The notes: generated from the letters alone by a model not told the origin. Positions 1 through 13,929 are shown, counted from the first letter of the stretch. The stretch: DNA of 64,000 nt from Octopus vulgaris (GCA_951406725.2 OX597840.1:10106001-10170000); one strand, 5' to 3'. Made by a program: numbers and translations.

Positions 1-9
1 CTGGTGTTT

Positions 10-350
10 TGCTTTACTCTTTTTTACTCTTTTACTTGTTTCAGTCATTTCACCGTGGCCATGCTGGAGCACCAACTCTTAGTCGAGCAAATCGACCCGA
101 GGACTTATTCTTTGTAAGCCTAGTACTTATTCTATCGGACACTTTTGCCGAACCGCTAAGTTACGGTGACGTAAACACACCAGCATCGGTTGTCAAGCGA
201 TGTTGTGAGGACAAACACAGACACACAAACATATACACATACACACACACACATATATATACATATATACGACGGGCTTCTTTCAGTTTCCGTCTACCAA
301 ATCCACTCACAAAGGTTAGGCCCGAGGCTATAGTAGGAGACACTTGCCCC
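10..350 (-). mobile_element. SINE family A (tRNA-derived, CORE-like), head-truncated copy
   Basis: Reverse complement matches the body and tail of the full copy at 1143-1548. Confidence 0.85.
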
Positions 351-477
351 TATAGACATACACACACACACACGCGCGCGCGCGCGCACACACACACACA
401 TACACACATGTATCGTTTATAGAAATAGATAAACCCAGAGAAGTACACACTAGGATGTAGCGCAGTTAACATTATAA

Positions 478-555
478 ACACACACATTCCCCGGTCTGAG
501 ATTCGAACCCGCGATCTCTCGACCGCGAGTCCGCTGCTCTAACCACTAGGCCATG
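478..555 (-). mobile_element. SINE family C head fragment
   Basis: Reverse complement TGGCCTAGTGGTTAGAGCAGCGGACTCGCGGTCGAG..GGTTCGAATCTC, same head as 6486. Confidence 0.8.
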
Positions 556-1142
556 TTGTTTCAATCCATTTTTCCCCACCCCTTAAAACTGTTAGACTTG
601 CGCCTAAACCAGAACCCATTCTCAGAATCCAAACGAAAACACCATAGTCACGACACTGCGTTTTTCTTCCCAATAATTCATCTTAACGGCCTCACAGGCG
701 TTGTTAAGCGATTAAAATATTTGACAAACTAAGGAATAATAATGTTGTGAGTTTGTAATTAATTAGTCAGCTAATTAAATTTATACAAAATTTTTAAAAT
801 TACATTTTGTGTTTTATTTTAGTATGACATGTTTCTTGATTGTTTTTTTTTTTGTTTTTGTTTTTTCTTTTGCCGTGTTGTTTGTAAACACTAGTTAGTC
901 ATAACAAGAACCGAAGGAAATCAATACCGATTTCCATAATTAGTTATAAAGCACTCCAAGACACTGGCAGCACAACTTTGTCTCAGCTTCCGATGCCAAA
1001 TATACAGCAGACAGCGGGTTAAAGAATTAATTATACAAAAACAGATCACTATAGTTACAACATGTACGATTCGAGGGGGGAATCAGAATGGTTTTATGAT
1101 GGGCAACAATGTACATAGCCAAGCAACTATTCTACAAATACG

Positions 1143-1548
1143 AAGGAGTGGCAGTGTGGTAAGTAGCTTGCTAACCAACCACATGGTTCCGGGTTCAGCC
1201 CCACTGCGTGGCATCTTGGGCAAGTGTCTTCTGCTATAGCCCCGGGCCGACCAATACCTTGTGAGTGGATTTGGTAGACGGAAACTGAAAGAAGCCTGTC
1301 GTATATATGTATATATATATGTGTATATGTGTGTATATGTTTGTGTGCTGGGTTTGTCCCCCCAACATCGCTTGACAACCGATGGTGGTGTGTTTGCGTC
1401 CCCACAACTTGGCGGTTCGGCAAAAGTGACCGATAGAATAAGTACTGGGCTTCCAAAGAATAAGTCCTAGTGTTGATTTGCTCGACTAAAGGCGGTGCTC
1501 CAGCATGGCCACAGTCAAATGACTGAAACAAATAAAAGAGTAAAAGAG
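1143..1548 (+). mobile_element. SINE family A, near full length
   Basis: Pol III A box TGGCAGTGTGG, B box GGTTCAGCCCC, CORE-like CTTGGGCAAGTG, internal TA/TG tract, 3' stem-loop CAGTC-AAAT-GACTG and GTAAAAGA-type tail. Confidence 0.9.
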
Positions 1549-1579
<31 letters not shown>

Positions 1580-1640
1580 CGCATAAATGTGAAACAAGGT
1601 GGAAAAAAGAGTACTCAAATACCAGTGTTAGAGTAATATG

Positions 1641-1787
1641 CTTTATTTAAAGCAGCAGAAAATTCAACAAAAACTGTTACTCGGAGTTTCACGTTCCCGT
1701 TCGTCGGACAGTTTTGTTAACCGACGAACGGGAACGTGAAACTCCGAGTAACAGGTTTTGTTGAATCTCTGCCGCTTTTAAATAAAG
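1641..1787. repeat. Fold-back (about 67 bp arms) with hammerhead-like core, Penelope-type remnant
   Basis: 1641-1707 is nearly the reverse complement of 1721-1787; right arm starts CCGACGA..GAAAC; lies between (TA)n tracts. Confidence 0.75.
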
Positions 1788-2183
1788 TATATATATATAT
1801 ATTTTTTTTTTTTGTGTGTGTGTGTGTGTGTGAGTATGTATGTATGTATAGTCTTCTGTTTACATCCTTCCAAAGGAAAAAAAATGTTAATCGTAGTTGT
1901 ATACGATCATAATAACACAGATGTGTCGCACTGTACAGTTAAAAGTGATACCATTCTTAGCATATATTCAAATGCTTAAAATTACATATGTACCGGGGGC
2001 GAGAACTGAAAAATATATGTTGGTTTTTATCGCATTCTCCATTTTCTTTTTGCGCTTAACAATTTATAATTTATTTGTATAGTCATTTAAAAAAAAATTT
2101 CAACATCTTTATATCATAAGACTAAATTATTCATCTTACTCCATTTTCTTTCTTTCAATATTAGTACTATATATATATATGTG

Positions 2184-2216
<33 letters not shown>

Positions 2217-2294
2217 ATATATATATATATATGTGTGTATGTATGTATATATATGTATGTATGTATATATATATATATATATATGTGTGTATGC

Positions 2295-2345
<51 letters not shown>

Positions 2346-2380
2346 TATTATGTATACATCTAAATAAAAGGTATGTACGC

Positions 2381-2431
<51 letters not shown>

Positions 2432-2614
2432 AGAATAGCCAAAACTTTTTGACTGCTATTTCTAAATTCGGTGTGTGGTGAGGCAAAATGTTGCTAAACC
2501 CTTAATTACTTAGTATTACTTAAACCTTCCTTGCATGGGGCTTTTACATGCCGTACTTCACTTGGTGAAATTAATGATTATTTCTAAATTAATTAATTTC
2601 ACCCTTTATTATTG

Positions 2615-2761
<147 letters not shown>

Positions 2762-2794
2762 GAGGTAGGTAGATAGATAGATAAGAAATACATT

Positions 2795-3060
2795 TTCTTT
2801 TACTCTTTTGTTTGTTTCTGTCATTTGACTGCGGCTATGCTGGAGCACTCCCCTATAGTCGAGCAAACCGGACCCAGGAGTTATTCTTTGTAAGTCTAGA
2901 ACTTATTTTATCGGTCTCTTTTGCGAACCGCTATGTTACGGGGACGTAAACTCGCCAGCATCGGTTGTCAAGCGATGTTGGATGGACAAACACAGACACA
3001 AACATATACACACACACATACATACATACATTCATATATATATACATATATATAGACACA
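2795..3060 (-). mobile_element. SINE family A, 3' half
   Basis: Matches family A tail and body. Confidence 0.85.
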
Positions 3061-3076
3061 CACAAACATAGATACA

Positions 3077-3113
<37 letters not shown>

Positions 3114-3587
3114 AATATATGCATATATACATACATCTATGTACATACCTACAACTGTATGTTTATATACATGCACGTATGGGTGCAAGACATAAAAAAA
3201 GTGAGATATGAAAATATAAAGACAAAATCATGGAAACGAAACTTTTTTTTAAACAACGAAAAAACAGAGTACAAGACATACAACACAAGGAATATTCCCC
3301 TTCTTCAGTTGTCCCTGTTTCGTCTACTCCGCGTTTCGAAGGTAAGGACAAGACGCGACTTCGTTGAAACAATCCTTCCTGCAAAGCAAATTAAATAAAA
3401 TTTGGGATTTTTTGCGGAGGGGTAAAAGTGGTAACAAGAACAGGAGAGTAAAAACAATACAAATAAAAACAGTTAAAGACAGGACAAGGAGAATAACACG
3501 GTAAAAACAAACGACGAGGGTTGTTAAGCCAGGATGATGGAAATATTATTTTGAACGCATTGAGGAGACAGCTTATGAGAAGGACAG

Positions 3588-4356
3588 GATAAGCCGTCTT
3601 GTCTCGCTGAAGATAGCAGTCGGAAAGATGGCTTCCCTCTGGTCACGTGTCAATGACGAGAGGGAGGAGGAGCAAGAGAGAGGAAACGGTGAAGGGGAGA
3701 GGAGAAGAATAGGGAAGGGTGGGAGAGAAAATCAGAAAGGATGAAGAACAGGAGAGGGAGAGAGATAGATAGACAGAAGAGTAGGTATGTACATATACGT
3801 ATGTATATATGCATATATTTATATACTTATTTCTTTATTACCCACAAGGGGCTAAACATAGAGGGGACAAACAAGGACAGACATAGGTATTAAGTCGATT
3901 ACATCGACCCCAGTGCGTAACTGGTACTTAATTTATCGACCCCGAAAGGATGAAAGACAAAGTCGACCTCGGCGGAATTTGAACTCAGAACGTAGCACCA
4001 GACGAAATACTGCTAAGCATTTCGCCCGGAGTGCTAACGTTTCTGCCAGCTCGCCGCCTGAATATATTTATATACTATTTATGTTATTATTTGATCGAAC
4101 GCTACGCATCTTTTATCTTAGTAATTATGATGCGCACTCTTAACCTTTACTAATTCTCTTCTCTCTTTCTATCTCTCTCCCTCTCTTGTTCTTCATCCTT
4201 TCTGGCTTTCTCTCCCACCCTTCTCTATTCTTCTCCTCTCCCCTTCACCGTTCCCTCTCTCTTACCCCTCATCCTCCTCCCTCTTGTCACTGACACGTGA
4301 CCAGAGGGAAGCCATCTTTCCGACTGCTCTCTTCACCGAGACAAGACGGCTTATCC
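3588..4356. repeat. Inverted repeat (about 190 bp arms) enclosing a SINE B
   Basis: 3588-3772 is the diverged reverse complement of about 4160-4356. Confidence 0.8.
3828..4058 (-). mobile_element. SINE family B (tRNA head, Meta-like central domain)
   Basis: Reverse complement GGCGGCGAGCTGGCAGAAACGTTAGC..GAGTTCAAATTCC..CTTTCATCCTTTCGGGGTCGATAAATTAAGTACCAG..AATAAAGAAAT. Confidence 0.85.
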
Positions 4357-5044
4357 TTAGTGTAAGCTGGCAAGAATAAGTAGTACCTGTAATTCATATG
4401 GGCCAGCCTTGTCACATTCTGTGTCACGTTGAATCTCCCTGAGAACTTACGTTAAGGGTCAACGTGTCTGTGGTGTACACAACCACTTGCGCTTTAATTT
4501 CACGATTAACTGGAGCACTCATCGTCGTAACCGACGGAGTGGCAATACTTTATATATGCAGTGTTTAGTTATTTGAAACGTATTATTTTTATAGAAAGAC
4601 ATTTGAGAATATCGTGTAATGAAAGCGATGGTGGTCATGACGTCAACGATTCGCCATTTTTATTGTTTTGCTTTACGGCAGTATTTAGTTGATTTTGTTG
4701 TCATCAGAAAATCAAGTCTCATTATAAGTGGTTAGAGTAAAATTTTTACATCTGCGACAACTGTTTTTCTGACCAAATCTGAGCTGGTTTTGTAGATTAA
4801 CCCGCAACGATAAATAATCACTAATATTTACTCATGATGGAATTCTCGTGGGGGCAACGTCTTTGATAGTTTATCTACTCAATCTCATGACAGACATTGA
4901 ATCAAAACAACAGCTGCGATACAAACACAGACCTTCCATTATTGTAAAATAAGAAAAACCGTATATATTCAACTCGGGCGAATATTTTTTTTTTTTTTTT
5001 TGTCGAAAGAAGAAACGAGATAGTCTTCTAACAATCGGTTCATA

Positions 5045-5419
<375 letters not shown>

Positions 5420-5420
<1 letters not shown>

Positions 5421-5972
5421 ATGCTCTGATGCAGTACCAGACAGTGGCTCTCATGGCTTCTGATCTTAACTGATTGGAAGTGTTATCATGTACATTGTTT
5501 TGTCTTGGTATAAAAGATGGGCTACAGCAAATATTCTGCTCAATACCACAGATTTGCTTGTCAGTTGTTTGACCTTAACCAGTTGAGCATGTCCCTTAGT
5601 GGCTGACGATATGTGCATCTTTGATCACGAGCAGAAGTAGTGGGGGAGCATCATTGCCATGTGTTGAGAGGGATTCTTTAGGGTTTGAATAATTCACCTC
5701 TGGGAACATGGGTGTTTTTTTCAACATCCTTAAACAACTCTTATCCAGGGACCTTTTGAACAGGGCTACTCATCTTGAAGAAAATTCTAACTGAGCCCCA
5801 ACAACAAGGTCATGTGCTGTTTATCTTGATATGAGATCACCATGTCGCGCACATATGGTTGTGATGCATGTGCCTAGTTTAACCTTATCAGGCGGGTAGT
5901 CATGATGGGTATACTGGGCTTCGTATATTTTATCCCAGTGTCAATTTGATGGTATACACTGCTTTCTCACTC
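5420..5972 (+). mobile_element. Interspersed repeat family E (about 550 bp, microsatellite-bounded)
   Basis: Reverse-complement copies at 36755-37455 and 59990-60545; each ends in CTCACTC followed by (AAT)n. Confidence 0.8.
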
Positions 5973-5976
5973 AATG

Positions 5977-6019
<43 letters not shown>

Positions 6020-6030
6020 TAATAATGATG

Positions 6031-6080
<50 letters not shown>

Positions 6081-6087
6081 AATAATA

Positions 6088-6352
6088 ATTTCTTTATTAA
6101 CCACAAAGGGTTCACATAAAAAAGCATTATGGACCACATAGGACAAATATGCCATGTGGGGTTATATGAAAGTCGTGTGAACAATAAAATAACAATGGAA
6201 TATAACATAATTCCCCAAAAGAAGGTGACCTCCCAGGACCGCTCGTGAAAACCCCACAAGCCCACAACAGTCCCGAGCTCCAGGATAAGTGCCCTTTCAC
6301 TTTGTCTACCGGCGCATGCTTAGAGAAGGCCCATTCACTTTGTGCGTACATT
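6088..6352 (-). mobile_element. Probable L1/Tx1-type LINE 3' end
   Basis: Minus strand ends CCCTTTGTGGTTAATAAAGAAATT then (ATT)n; similar end at 18370-18640; clade is inferred. Confidence 0.4.
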
Positions 6353-6485
6353 AATACATCATAGTACAGTGAAACCGGTTCGTATTCGTGTTTCTCTTTT
6401 GTTTATGATTCAAGGTTACTTTCAATTTAATATGTATTTCTCCTCCGTTGATTTACTTTCTATGTCATGCACAGTTACCTGAATG

Positions 6486-7080
6486 GTGGAGGCATCTGGC
6501 CTAGTGGCTAGAGCAGCGGACTCGCGGTCGAGGGATCGCGGGTTCGAATCTGAGACCGGGCGATATGTGTGTTTATGAGCGAAATACCTAAGCTCCACGC
6601 AGCTCCGGCAGAAGGTAATGGCGAAACTTCTGCTGACTCTTTCGCCACAACTTTCTCTCACTCTTTCCTCCTGCATCTTGCAGCTCACCTGCGACGGACC
6701 CGGCGTCCCGTCCAGGTGGGGAACCTATACGCCAGGAAACCGGGAAACCGACCCTTATAAGCAAAGCGTGGCTCGAGATAAATATGTATATATATAGTGG
6801 AGGCACATGGCCTAGACTTACGGTCGAGGGATCGTGGGTTCAAATCTCAGACCGGGCGATGTGTATGTTTATGAGCGAAACACCTAAGCTCCACGCAGCT
6901 CCGGCAGAAGGTAATGGCAAAACTTCTGCTGACTCTTTCGCCACAACTTTCTCTCACACTTTCCTCCTGCATCTTGCAGCTCACCTGCGACGGACCGGCA
7001 TCCCGTCCAGGTGGGGAACCTATACGCCAAGGAAACCGGGAAACCGGCCCTTATGAGCCAGACGTGGCTCGAGAAGGAAG
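6486..7080 (+). mobile_element. SINE family C, two tandem copies (tRNA-Arg-like head, V-domain-like)
   Basis: A box TGGCCTAGTGG, B box GGTTCGAATC, motif CCTGCGACGGACCGGCGTCCCGTCCAGG resembling the V-SINE domain. Confidence 0.85.
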
Positions 7081-8235
7081 TACTTGACTGGCACTTTAAT
7101 TCACCAACTTCCATTCCTCCCACAATAGTGGAAGGCGGAGTTGACTTCGGTAAGATTTGAACTCAGACCACAAAGAGCCGAAACAAAAACTGCGAAGAAT
7201 TTTTCCGTCATTAATTTTGAGGGGAGGGGGATGGTCGATTGCATCGACACCAGTACTTATTTCATCTAGTACTTATTTCATCGACCCCGAGTGGATGAAA
7301 GGCAGAACTGAAGTTGGTGGGTTTTGAACTCAAGGATGTAAAGCCGGCAGAAATGCCGTTAAACATTTTGTGCGACGCACCAACAGGTCTGCCAGAGTGG
7401 CTCGAGAAGGAACAACAGTTACCCGAATGTCGTTAGATAGAATTTTTTTTACAGAACAAATTTATGGGGAGGTCCCCTAAATCAGACAATTCCATCCAGT
7501 CCGTACCGAACGGGTTGGTTGCATTTTTTAACATGAAAGCTTTTGATACTACAGGATTTACCACGAAATGTAATAGCGCCCTACAGAGCCCTACAAGAAA
7601 TAATGTCCACGTCGAAAGATTCCCTGGATATCAACAAACTAAACAACTTGATCTTGATCTACTTAGCCGCTGTAGTGATATCCAGGAAGACTGGACTTGA
7701 CCCTTACAAAGAAAATATTGACAGCTAAACCCCTACCTTGAAAATAGAAAGAGAACAAATAAAATTAAAAAAAAATAATAGCAAGTCTTATCTTTACTTT
7801 GTGAATTAGAAGAAGATGCATTACTAATAGTTATCCAACATCTTATCTACGAGAGACTGATGTTAGATGGGTCGAAACGATCGTCGTGGTTAATAAAGAA
7901 TCTCGTGAATTCCATTTTCACTTTCTCTCATTTGTGACATACTCAACGGACACAGAGGAATTTCTGAAGTAACTCCAGTGACGTTTTTATCTATATTGTT
8001 GATGTCATCAGGTAGCCGCAGACAGTTTACGTGCTTTAATCGGCATAAAACCAAGTGTATACCCAAGTCTAAAATAGTAATTATATATTTAGATATGTAT
8101 ATATTTAAATATATATTTAAATATATAATATAAATATATAATATAAATATATAAATATATAATATATAAATATATAATTATATAAATATATAAATATGTA
8201 ATTATATACATATATAAATATATAATTATATATAA

Positions 8236-8565
8236 TATATAAATAAATATGTCTTGAGGCGCAATGGCCCAGTGGTTAGGGCAGCGGACTCGCGGTCGTA
8301 GGATCGCAGTTTCGATTCCCAGACCGGGTGTTGTGAGTGTTTATTGAGCGAAAACACCTAAAAGCTCCACAAGGCTCCAGCAGGGGGTTGTGACGATCCC
8401 TGCTGTACTCTTCCGCCACAACTTTCTCTCACTCTTACTTCTGTTGGCCTGATAGCGTAGCCAGCGGGGTGGCGTCGTTTGAAGGCTAAAACAATGCGAA
8501 GCGCATTGTGACCAGTGATGTGTAGCAACATCTGAGAGCCTGGTCGGTCACGGTGATCACGGTGT
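8236..8565 (+). mobile_element. SINE family C-related, different 3' tail (variant D)
   Basis: Head and body homologous to family C up to CAACTTTCTCTCACTCTT, then a distinct tail ending GGTCACGGTGATCACGGTG; second copy at 39616-39898. Confidence 0.85.
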
Positions 8566-8800
8566 TATAAATATGTACACACACACCTCTGTTGTACGTG
8601 TGTACATAGATAAGCGCGCACACACATACACATATACAAATATGTATATAAAAATATATGCATGTGTTCCGACGTAGTGGGATAGAATCCTTCAGGTTTA
8701 AAAACACGTGACATGTCGTGGGGTGGCCCCACAACGACTTCACCTGAAGTTCAGAGAACAATGAAAGAAACACATCTATATCTATATCACTAGTGATAGA

Positions 8801-9560
8801 GGCGAGCTGGCAGAATCGTTAGCACGCCGGGCGAAATGCGTAGCCGTATTTCGTCTGTCGTTACGTTCAGAGTTCATCCTTTCGGGGTCGATAAATAAAG
8901 TACCAGTTTCGCACTGGGGTCCATCTAATCGACTTAATCCCTTTGTCTGTCCCTGTTTGTCCCCTCTATGTTTAGCCCCCTGTGGGCAGTAAAGAAATAG
9001 AAATAGGTATTTCGTCTGCCGTTACGTTCTGAGTTCAAATTTCGCGAGGTCGACGTTGCCTTTCATCCTTTCAGGGTCGATAACTAAAGTACCAGTTTCG
9101 CACTGGGGTTGATCTAATCGATTTAATCCCTTTGTCTGTCCTTGTTTGTCCCCTCTGTGTTGAACCCCTTGTGGGTAGTAAAGAAATAGGTATTTCGTCT
9201 GTCGTTACGTTCTGAGTTCAAATTCCGCCGAGGTCGACTTTGCCTTTCATCCTTTCGGGGTCGATAAATAAAGTACCAGTTTCGCACTGGGGTCGATCTA
9301 ATCCACTTAATCCCTTTGTCTGTCCCTGTTTGTCTCCTCTATGTTTAGCCCCTTGTGGGCAGTAAAGAAATAGAAATAGGTATTTAGTCTGCCGTTACGT
9401 TCTGAGTTCAAATTCCGCCGGGGTCGACTTTGCCTTTCATCCTTTCGGGGTCGATAAATAAAGTACCAGTTTCGCACTGGGGTCGATCTAATCGATTTAA
9501 TCCCTTTGTCTGTCCTTGTTTCTCCCCTCTATGTTTAGCCCCTTGTGGGCAGTAAAGAAA
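8801..9560 (+). mobile_element. SINE B tandem array (1 headed copy plus 3 partial 3' units)
   Basis: Units of about 185 bp restart at GGTATTT(C/A)GTCTG; flanked by direct repeat TATATCTATATCACT. Confidence 0.9.
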
Positions 9561-10260
9561 TATATATCTATATCACTGTCTTTTCCTCTCTCTCTCACTC
9601 TCTTTTTACATGTGTGTGTGTGTGTGTGTGTGAGTGTGTGTGTGTGTGTGTGAGTGTGTGTGTGTGTGTGTGTGAGTGTGTGTGTGTGTGTATGTATTGG
9701 CGAAATGCAGATTCCAAGGTGGTTCGTAGTGTTCTGGCATATCAAAAGTTAATCAATAAAAGTTCACAAGGAGAAATTAACCCCTGGGAATTGCTTTGAC
9801 GTGAAGAGTGAAAAACCCGTGACATTTCGGACAATCATAATTCGCAGAAAGATGAACGAGAAGAGAAAGAAAAAAAAAAACGGTGAAGGAGTAATGAGGA
9901 ATGGCAGGTGCAGGGCGGGGCGGGTAGTGGAAGAGTATAATAGAAGCAGTAGTATGTCAGGTGAGCGAAATGGAAGGAAGAATACAGGTGGGAATGAGTG
10001 GTAACAGTCTGTAGTAAGAGCCAGGTCAGTTGGAAGGTGAGAGAGATGCAGGGAAAGATGTTAAGGTAAATGTGGATTGAGGAGGATGGTGGAATGATGA
10101 GACGAGCGGAGCTGATGAGCAGGTGAAGAATTTGAAGGTTATAAGAGGCGGCACCGAATGCCAGAAAAGAGAAGGATGGAGAGAGAGAGATTGTGAGGGA
10201 TGTAAATGAGGAAGTTTTCGAAGAGAAATAAGATTTGGTGATAAAAAAATGAAGAGCAAA

Positions 10261-11025
10261 TAGGCGCAGGAGTGGCTGTGTGGTAAGTAGCTTGCTTACC
10301 AACCACATGGTTCCGGGTTCAGTCTCACTGCGTGGCATCTTGGGCGGGCAAGTGTCTTCTGCTATAGCCCCGGGCCGACCAATGCCTTGTGAGTGGATTT
10401 GGTAGACGGAAACTGAAAGAAGCCCATCATATATATATATATATAGGTGCAGGAGTGGTTGTGTGGTAAGTAGCTTGCTTACCAACCACGTGGTTCCGGG
10501 TTCAGTCCCACTGCGTGGTATCTTGGACAAGTGTCTTCTACTATAGCCTCAGGCCGACCAAAGCCTTGTGAGTGGATTTGGTAGACGGAAACTGAAAGAA
10601 GCCCATCATATATATATATATATAGGTGCAGGAGTGGTTGTGTGGTAAGTAGCTTGCTTACCAACCACATGATTCCGGGTTCAGTCCCACTGCGTGGCAT
10701 CTTGGGCAAGTGTCTTCTGCTATAGCCCCGGGACGACCAATGCCTTGTGAGTGGATTTGGTAGACGGAAAATGAAAGAAGCCTGTCGTATATATGCATAT
10801 ATATGTATATGTATGTGTGTGTCTGTGTTTGTCCCCCTAGCATTTCTTGACAACCGATGGTGGTGTGTTTACGTCCCCATAACCTAGCGGTTCGGCAAAA
10901 GAGACCGATAGAATAAGTACTGGGCTTACAAAGAATAAGTCCCGGGGTAGATTTGCTCGACTAAAGGCGGTGCTCCAGCATGGCCGCAGTCAAATGACTG
11001 AAACAAGTAAAAGAGTAAAAGAGTA
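10261..11025 (+). mobile_element. SINE family A with triplicated head
   Basis: Heads near 10262, 10445 and 10624 joined through (TA)n; single tail. Confidence 0.9.
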
Positions 11026-11416
11026 AACACTTAAGATGAGAGAGAGAGATTTAAAGGATATAAATAACAGAGAAAGAGAGGACTAGAAGAAGAGGTAGAT
11101 TGTGAAATTTAGAGAAATTGAACCTAGAAAAGTGCTCACTAACCGCATGGTATTCTGCATATTAGCGGAATATTTTAATGAAAAAAAAATACCTTCAGGG
11201 TAATTGCATTTCAAAAATTCTTCAGCTAAGAAATGGATTTTGATATATTTTTTTAACGATACATACATACATACATACATACATACATACATTCATACAT
11301 ACATTCATAGATACATACATACATACATTCATACATACATTCATACATACATACATACATTCATACATACATACATACATACATACATACATACATACAT
11401 ACATACATACATACAC

Positions 11417-11474
<58 letters not shown>

Positions 11475-11608
11475 GCAGCGTGGAAGGTGTTTGTAAGCCA
11501 TTTAAGAAACATACAAAAGCCGTTCGATTCACTTCAACATTTAAGTTTAATTTGTCAAAATATTTTCGTCGCTAAAATCCGCGACCTGTTCACTGACAAA
11601 ATCCGTGC

Positions 11609-11699
<91 letters not shown>

Positions 11700-11704
<5 letters not shown>

Positions 11705-11900
11705 ACCTCGTCTGTATCACTAGCGATTTTTTCCCCTGTCTTCCCTTCTCGGGATCGTGCCTTCTATGTTTCCGACAAAGAGCTCCGCTCGAAACGTCAA
11801 GCCCTCCTTCATCCCTTCTTTCCTGAGTGTCCAATAATACTTTATTTGTTCCACGTCCTTGCGTTGTTGTTTTTTTGTTTTTGTTTTCTTGTTTGGATTA

Positions 11901-11905
<5 letters not shown>
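11700..11905 (+). mobile_element. Penelope-like terminal fragment with degenerate hammerhead core
   Basis: CCGACAAAGAGCTCCGCTCGAAACGTC at 11772; homologous to 12208, 14143, 28952 and (minus) 39917. Confidence 0.65.
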
Positions 11906-11985
<80 letters not shown>

Positions 11986-12144
11986 ATATCGCAATACAAC
12001 ACAGTGGCTGTGTGAGCTACGAAATCCTTGTTGCCACTTTTATATCGCACGTTCGGATGACCTCCACTCAACTCGACTTCTAGACTTCTCCCAATATATC
12101 TACGTATTGGGCTAGCCTACTTCGTCGTCTGGGGGCGTCCACAC

Positions 12145-12207
<63 letters not shown>

Positions 12208-12236
12208 CTGACGAAGAGCTCCGCTCGAAACGTTAA
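12208..12236 (+). ncRNA. Minimal hammerhead ribozyme core (Penelope-type)
   Basis: CTGACGA-A-GAGC-TCC-GCTC-GAAAC-GTTA: CUGANGA box, 4 bp stem II, GAAA box, palindromic AACGTT stem III; 5' strand of stem I replaced by (TA)n. Confidence 0.6.
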
Positions 12237-12344
12237 GTCCTCCTTCTTTCTTTCCTTTCCTGACCGTCCAATAACACTATACTTGTTCCACGTCCTCGCG
12301 TTGTTGTGTTTTCTCTTTGTGTTTTCATGTTTGGATTCCCATTA

Positions 12345-12349
12345 TATAT

Positions 12350-12448
<99 letters not shown>

Positions 12449-12710
12449 CATACATACATACATACATACATACATACATACATACATACATACATACATA
12501 CATACATACATACATACATACATACATACATTCATACATACATACATACATTCATACATACATTCATACATACATTCATACATACATACATACATACATA
12601 CATACATACATACATACATACACACATTCATACATACATACATGCATGCATACATACATACATACATACATACATACATACATACATACATACATACATA
12701 CATACATACA

Positions 12711-12744
<34 letters not shown>

Positions 12745-12846
12745 CATATATACATACATACATACATACATACATACATACATACATACATACATACATA
12801 CATACATACATACATACATACATACATACATACATACATACATACA

Positions 12847-12878
<32 letters not shown>

Positions 12879-13010
12879 CATACATACATACATACATTCA
12901 TACATACATACATATATACATATAGATACATACATACATACATACATACATACATACATACATACATACATACATACATACATACATACATACATACATA
13001 CATACATTCA

Positions 13011-13065
<55 letters not shown>
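12345..13065. repeat. (TA)n and (CATA)n microsatellite
   Basis: Direct reading. Confidence 0.95.
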
Positions 13066-13070
<5 letters not shown>

Positions 13071-13728
13071 TGTAGTTGTGTGAATGTCTGTCCCCTTCGA
13101 TTTAGATTCCTAACTACTCCCACATTTTGCGGTGCAGTTTAACCATATTCGGGTATCTTATAGTCGTGATTCATATCGAGCCCTTCTGGGTATTAGCGCG
13201 CGTCTACGATGAGTCCACGATTTTAAAAATAATTTAACATCATTTTTTATTCCATTTTAATGCATATTTTTTCGTGTGTCGATGGCGGCGGAGTTGGCGT
13301 CCATGCTCACACCTGCACCTGTTTTGCTTCTCCCCCTTCTTCCCTCCCTCGTGAAGCTGTGGGGAAGGGAGTGTAAGGAAATCAACGTCGTAATGCGTTG
13401 TCAAGGAGACCAGCGTTCTTTTAGAACAACGACTTCATGGCTTGAAGTCGCCAAAACAGAAATGGCTAAGAAAGCGTCTACGATGAGTCTACGATTTAAA
13501 AAAAAAATTACCATCATTTTTTCCATTTTAATGCATTTTTTCGCTATTATATAAGGGAAGTAACTCTCTAAAAATGTCTACGATGAGTCAACGATTAAAA
13601 AAAAATTACCATCATTTTTTATTTCATTTTTAATGCATTTTTTTGCTAATTTTTTTGCTATAACCCTCTAAAAATGCTTATATAGTTATTTCCTTACAAA
13701 CCCGAGCAACGCCGGGCGATACTGCTAG
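13060..13728 (+). mobile_element. Non-autonomous Helitron
   Basis: 5' TATATAAAA..GTCTGTC; 3' hairpin CCCGAGCAACGCCGGG (13701-13716) then CTAG (13725-13728) followed by T; three internal GTCTACGATGAGTC repeats. Confidence 0.8.
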
Positions 13729-13867
13729 TATATATATATATATACAATTGCAGCGTGGAAGGTGTTTGTAAGCCATTTAAGAAACACACAAAAGCCGTTC
13801 GATTCACTTCAACATTTAAGTTTAATTTGTCAATATATATGGCTGAAACAAGTAAAAGAGTAAAAGA

Positions 13868-13929
<62 letters not shown>

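Noticed and set aside
1005-1022. piggyBac-like end GCGGG|TTAA
   Set aside because: No matching opposite end found
6486-6565. tRNA-Arg gene
   Set aside because: No acceptor stem closure or terminator; continues into a multi-copy SINE body
7464-7728. Two overlapping short ORFs
   Set aside because: No recognisable domain or splice sites; adjoins a Penelope-like remnant
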